Part shown: positions 58,589-64,000 of the stretch, in pieces | Layout of the letters: each line of letters begins with the position of its first letter | Position numbering within the stretch: position 1 is the stretch's first letter | Origin: Paraspadella gotoi | Lineage: Eukaryota; Animalia; Chaetognatha | DNA: 64,000 nucleotides | Direction of reading: 5' to 3' | Assembly (NCBI GenBank): GCA_051294375.1 | Contig: CM119268.1 | Location: forward strand, 17,238,502-17,302,501 | Program-made: the position numbers and the translations under genes | Notes under the pieces: generated by a model | What the model was told of the DNA's origin: nothing | Seen by the model: only the letters and a program-made list of their open reading frames with translations | Databases searched by the model: none

Positions 58589-60925
58589 CTCTCTCTCTCC
58601 CCGCGACGGTTCAAAAGGCCCGAATCGTTACGCGCCGAACCGGCGACCGTAAAGACGAGGGAGACCCTTTATCGATCGGCGGGGAAACACTAGAAAGGAA
58701 AGGGAATTGGAGAGGAGAAAAGAAAGGGGAAAAATAAAGGAAAAGAGAAAAGGAAAAGGAATGGAAATGAAAAAGGGAAAGAATGCGGAAAACTTAAGAG
58801 CAACGAAAAAGAATATTCGACGTTGGGGTAGAGGGCGACACCGTCTCAGCGTCTCTCCTCCTCTTCCTCCTCCTCTTGATCGTGGAAACAATGGCGGCCC
58901 CAGCGCCAAAAGATTTTCATCAGCAACATCAGCAACAAAAGGCCGTTAATCCCGCGGGATTTCAAAGGCGCGACGAGGCACTCATCCTTACCCTCTTCTC
59001 CCCTTACCTCCACTCTAATTTCACAGCCTCGAACCCTCTTCGCCTCATGAAGACAATGAAGAGGAAAGGAGAGTTGAAATTTCTGGGGGTGAGGAAAGAG
59101 TTTAGAGTAAGGTGGTGGCGGTGGTGCAAGTGATGGAGGTGGTCGTGATGGAGGTGGTTGTTGTGGTGATGGTTTTGGTGTGGTGGTTACGACTCTTTGG
59201 TGAAAGGATTATGATTAGTGCAGAATATAAAAAGGATAAGATTGGATAAGATTGTGTTATCGGTAATTTCTTTAGCCCCTTCGCCAGCAATGGAACGGGT
59301 CCTGGGCTTGGAACCAGATTTGGGGGTTTTCCCAAGGCGGTTTACGGCCGTCCTCACGCTTTCAATAGGGTAGGATTGATTCCGTTGCCTAATATTCATG
59401 ATGGGATGGCGAGATCAATCGGCCCAACGATCAACTGAGGCGTTAGCTGTAACTAATAGGATTTAATTGCTGATCAATGAGTGATCAATGAGTGAGGGGT
59501 ACAGAGCAAAGAGTTGAGCTTTTAAATTCGGGAACAATAGGAATTTTCGGGTTGACCTTAAGGGGACAATGAGGGAAAAAAGGGCAATGAGGGAAAAGGG
59601 CGGGCATATGACTCTCTGGCAAAGAGAGGTCTTTCCAAAAGGCACTCGATTCGGGGGCCTCTGTTGCGGAGGCGGGGGACAGAGACGATGTGGGGGCGGG
59701 GATTAGTTTCCTCTTGTTGAGGGGCGAAGTTGTCGTTGTCGTTGTCGTTGTTGTTGATTGTTGATTGTTGTTTGATAACCATGTGAGTTGGGACTACGTC
59801 GATTTTGTGGCCGAAACACTTTTAATCATAACAAAATTAATAAACATTATTAATTATAATTTATTATCAATTAATTAATTATCTCGCCGATCGATCGAAA
59901 ATTATCGGGTCACTGATTAGTTATCGAACGTTTAATTTATCCGTAATAACGTAATAACGTAGTTGATTGCGTCTCGATGTGAATATGGCGCTAATGACTT
60001 TCGATGTTCTCAAGCTCCGTGAGAAGCTGATCCGGGAAAGGAGTCTGGTTTTAATCTTTTTAAAAGAAAAAGGGGATTATAAGAGAGGAGGGGGCGGGGG
60101 GGAAGAGAGAAGAGCTTCGGTGGGAGGGAATTGGGTTATTGGAAGACGTTGTTTCTTGGCCGAAAAAGGGAGAAGCGAGTTTAAATAGGGAATAAATAAA
60201 TATGGGAGGCTTTGAAAGGTTGGAATAGGAGAGTGGAAAAAAGATAATAGTATTACAGAGAATTTTAAAGAGAAGAGTGGGAACGCGAGTCGGTTTTGAA
60301 ATTAAAAGGAAAAAAATTACAGGAAGTTGAAAATTTGTCTGGAATACGAAAGAAATTCAAGCAAGAAGAGAGGCTTCGAAATTATTGAAAAAAAGTTTTA
60401 AGACTTTTTTTTCGATTGAGGGGAAAGTTGAAATGACCACCTTTAGAATTAGGTGAAGAAGTAATAGACCCTTTGACTTAAAAAATCTAACAAAATTATA
60501 TGAGAAAATAAAATCAAAATCAAAATTATATGAGAAAATAAAATCAAAATAAAATAAAATCATTGAATACTGAATGAAAATTAAGAAATGTTATAAGAAT
60601 TTAAAATAAACCAAAAAAAAAAGAACTTGAAGGATGTTGAAAAAATAATCAAAAATCAAATCGAATTTAGGAAATAATAGAAATGAATTTAAAAAAAAAA
60701 AACCGAAATGAAAAGATGTTGAGAGACGGGACTTGAATAAAATTAGACTTTGAAATGATTAGAAAGGAGGCGTCTTTGAAAGGCTCGGCGAATTGAATAG
60801 ATTGACAGGCGTGGAAGAGGAAGAGGAGACGTTGAATGGAACCGAGAAGCAAAAGATTGGCACATCCCGCGCGAATTTGACAGAAGGCCTTTCCGGATCA
60901 CGATTTCGCTTCTAATTTCCTATTC

Positions 60926-61073
60926 GCGGATCCGGTTATCGCTTCCGGGTTTGCATTTTCAGTTCTCGTTTTGCGGTTCCGGTTATCGCTTCCGGGTTTG
61001 CATTTTCAGTTCACGTTTTGCGGTTCCGGTTATCGCTTCCGGGTTTGCATTTTCAGTTCTCGTTTTACGGTTC
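60926..61073. repeat. 47-bp minisatellite, 3 near-identical copies
   Basis: Unit gcggttccggttatcgcttccgggtttgcattttcagttctcgtttt at 60926, 60973 and 61020. Confidence 0.95.
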
Positions 61074-61659
61074 TATATATAGTTTTTGGGTTTGTGTCTT
61101 CAGTTTCTATTTCTGAATAGAATCGCTATATCCGTTTTATTTTACGTAGGAAATTTCCATTGCGGTTTTTGCTTTAAAAAAAATGCGGATTTTTGGTTGA
61201 AATTTTGTTTTCTTTTCTTTGTTTTCATAAATATGTTTTCTTTTTAAAAAAAATTGTCTTTCCCTTCGCCATTTCATTTCTTTTCTTTCTTTCTTTCTTG
61301 CTTCCAATTTCTACAAAAAGGAGATGATATTTTTGAAAAATCACACCCTCGACAAAACTCAGTAGCTTTTTTGTTTGTTTTTAATTTATTATATTCGTTT
61401 AGAGAAAAGTAAAGTCTCGGTTTGGCGGGGAAAGTGAGAATTTTGTTCAAATAAATATTAAAATTAAAATCGAACCAGCGCCTTCGTCTGTCATCACCAG
61501 ATTCGTTCTATCTCCTATTTCTACTTTTCTTATTCAATTTTTTTTCTTTCCTCTCGTCATCTTCATCTTTCTTCTTTTAAGTTTTCCTCCCTTCACTTTC
61601 AAAACTTTACCTTTTCTTTTTTTACCCTTTTTTTTCTAGGCTTCTCTATTTCCTCAACT

Positions 61660-61775
<116 letters not shown>

Positions 61776-62976
61776 GCCATAAATCTTCTTTGAATATTTT
61801 CACGCTTATCATCATCGTCGCGTCTCTTAAAGGGAGGGAGAGGATTCGAACGAAAAAAAAAGAATTTAAATTTCAGATTTTTTTCTCTTCTTTTTCTACT
61901 TATTTTCGCGCACCCTTAACGCTCTGCTTGGTATGGAGGGGGGGAGATAAGAAGAGAGAAGACAGAAGGAAACTCATTTCTACTTTTTCTATCGAGTTCC
62001 GAAGCCGCCGCTGCTTGTCAGCGTGCGATTCCCAGTACTATTGCTTATCGTTATAACTGTACGACCGCTTGTTTGCTTCCTAAGTAATAGTAGTGATACA
62101 GATGCGAAAAAGAAAAAGAAACGCACCGCTCTAAGGCTAAAATTGTTTTTATCTTATTTGCATCAAACTTTTAATGACTTTTTAATAACAAATATTCTTC
62201 CTCCTTGCCCCTAAAAAAAATCATCATGATCTTCAATATAACTATACGCTATTGATAGTATTTTGTGATTTTTAAATCTCGTTTAAACGAAGCCTCCTTT
62301 TCGCATTTATCATTTTTCACGCTGGCCAACGGATTTTTCCAGTTCTTCATTTTCCTCTATTTATATCCCATTTAATGTTCCTTTCCTTTCCTCATCGCCT
62401 CCCCCGCGCCTCCCCCTCCTGATCCCTTCTTCTTTTTCATCTCCTCAACTGATCCCTTCTCCCTTTCCTTCCTTCCCACTGATCTCCTCTTCCTTTCATC
62501 TTCGCCAGCTTCGTTTTATTTGATCTCTATCCAGTCGTTTCCCTGTTTTTTTTTTTCTTTTCCTCCTTTTTTTTCCGTTTCCTCCTTTTTTTTTTCCATT
62601 TGCCTTTTTTTTTTTTGAGTCGTAGGTCGTAGTTTGAGCGCGCAAAAATTGGTAATATATATATATATTCTGGGGGCTTGATACACCTGCGATGATATTT
62701 TTTAATGAGGTATTTAAATTTATGATTGTTCGAAAATACTCACTTTGATCCGTTTTTGAGCAAGTAGTTAAAAACTTTTTCTGACCCTGGAGAACAATAG
62801 TAAATAACAAATTAACTTAGTGAAAGAAAAAAAAAGATTCACTTTAAAATAGGAAAGTACTTTATCGTAAATATCTCGTGTCTCATGGAATTATTTGAAA
62901 AAAAAAAGTAATTCTTCTTTTTCCATTGCGTTTCCAATCTTTTTTCTGTCTCGGATGAAAAGAAAGAGGATAAAGC

Positions 62977-63097
<121 letters not shown>

Positions 63098-63745
63098 GAG
63101 CTTATTAAGCCGGGCCCCATAAGCCGAGACCCATATAAGCCGGGCGTCGACCGCTCTAAGAAGCTTTTTTTTTGTTTCGTACCCAAAGCCTTTGATTCCT
63201 TTGGGTTCGTTCGTTGAAAGGCTTTGAAAGAGGAAAGCTAAAGCGAGGAGACTGAGGAGTCCCCCTGACTCTGCATATCTGCCCGATTTACTGCATCAGT
63301 AAAAGTTGTTTCGACCAGAGAGGAGACGACAGAGGACGTCGTGGTGAAAAAACGGCGACGAAACAGCGACGAAACAGTGACGAAAAAGACGGGAAAACGG
63401 CAGCGAATCAGCGGCGACAAGGCGACGAAACGGCGTCCGGCGATGTGGTTCACTGGAATTGAGCGAATGATGCAAAACGAAACAAAGAAAAAACAGATGA
63501 TCCGAGAGAGAGACCTAGAAAGCGCCTTGCCTCCCGTTTTCAGATCGTATTAGCAATTGCTTAGTGGCCAAAATCAGAAAGAAAAGTCAACTATAAAAAA
63601 AAATATTGAAAAAAGTCATGTTACGATTTCATCTACGTTTTACAACATGACGGCAAAGCTGTGGAGGGACGAAAACTTTTAACCTATGCAATTAATTCAA
63701 ATATGATTTATTATAATTTATTGAGATATGCACACGAATCAAATC

Positions 63746-63799
<54 letters not shown>

Positions 63800-64000
63800 T
63801 TAATTTTCGCGGCGTCACGTTTTCGCTCCGATGGCGTGAGTTGCGCCACCGGCGACAAAATTGAACCCAATGAAAAAACAAAACTAATTCGTTTTTTTTT
63901 CTTGACGTCGAAACAAATTTAAAAAAAACATTACCAAAGGATAAAACATTTTTTCTCATTTTGACGAATTTGAGGCTTTTGGAATTAGAATAAAAATCGA

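Noticed and set aside
60926-61073. CRISPR-like array
   Set aside because: Head-to-tail repeats without unique spacers, eukaryotic context and no cas genes.

Overview
Animal genomic DNA, probably invertebrate. It is AT-rich, full of (AG)n/(AAAG)n/(TTTA)n/(TAA)n microsatellites and has 12 N-gaps. The main feature is a minus-strand dystrophin-family gene. I could splice 19 phase-compatible GT-AG exons by hand (51478 to 5845, 4002 nt, about 1333 aa). They encode a non-spectrin N-terminus, the last ~2 spectrin repeats, WW, EF-hands, ZZ, two syntrophin-binding sites, coiled coils and a long tail, i.e. a Dp116/DRP2-like short architecture. Inside its ~15 kb intron, and not resolved as a single ORF in the track, is a full-length, apparently intronless dipeptidyl peptidase IV-family gene (minus strand, ~37504-40193). 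It is broken by many 1-nt indels, so it is either a retro-pseudogene or, more likely, uncorrected long-read sequence. Also present: one orphan M14 metallocarboxypeptidase exon on the plus strand facing the dystrophin 3' end, a ~590 bp inverted duplication beside a gap, DINE-1/HINE-like interspersed repeats, a TA-flanked MITE and minisatellites. Most ORFs in the track are microsatellite artefacts. All homology calls come from motifs I recognised by eye; no searches were run.
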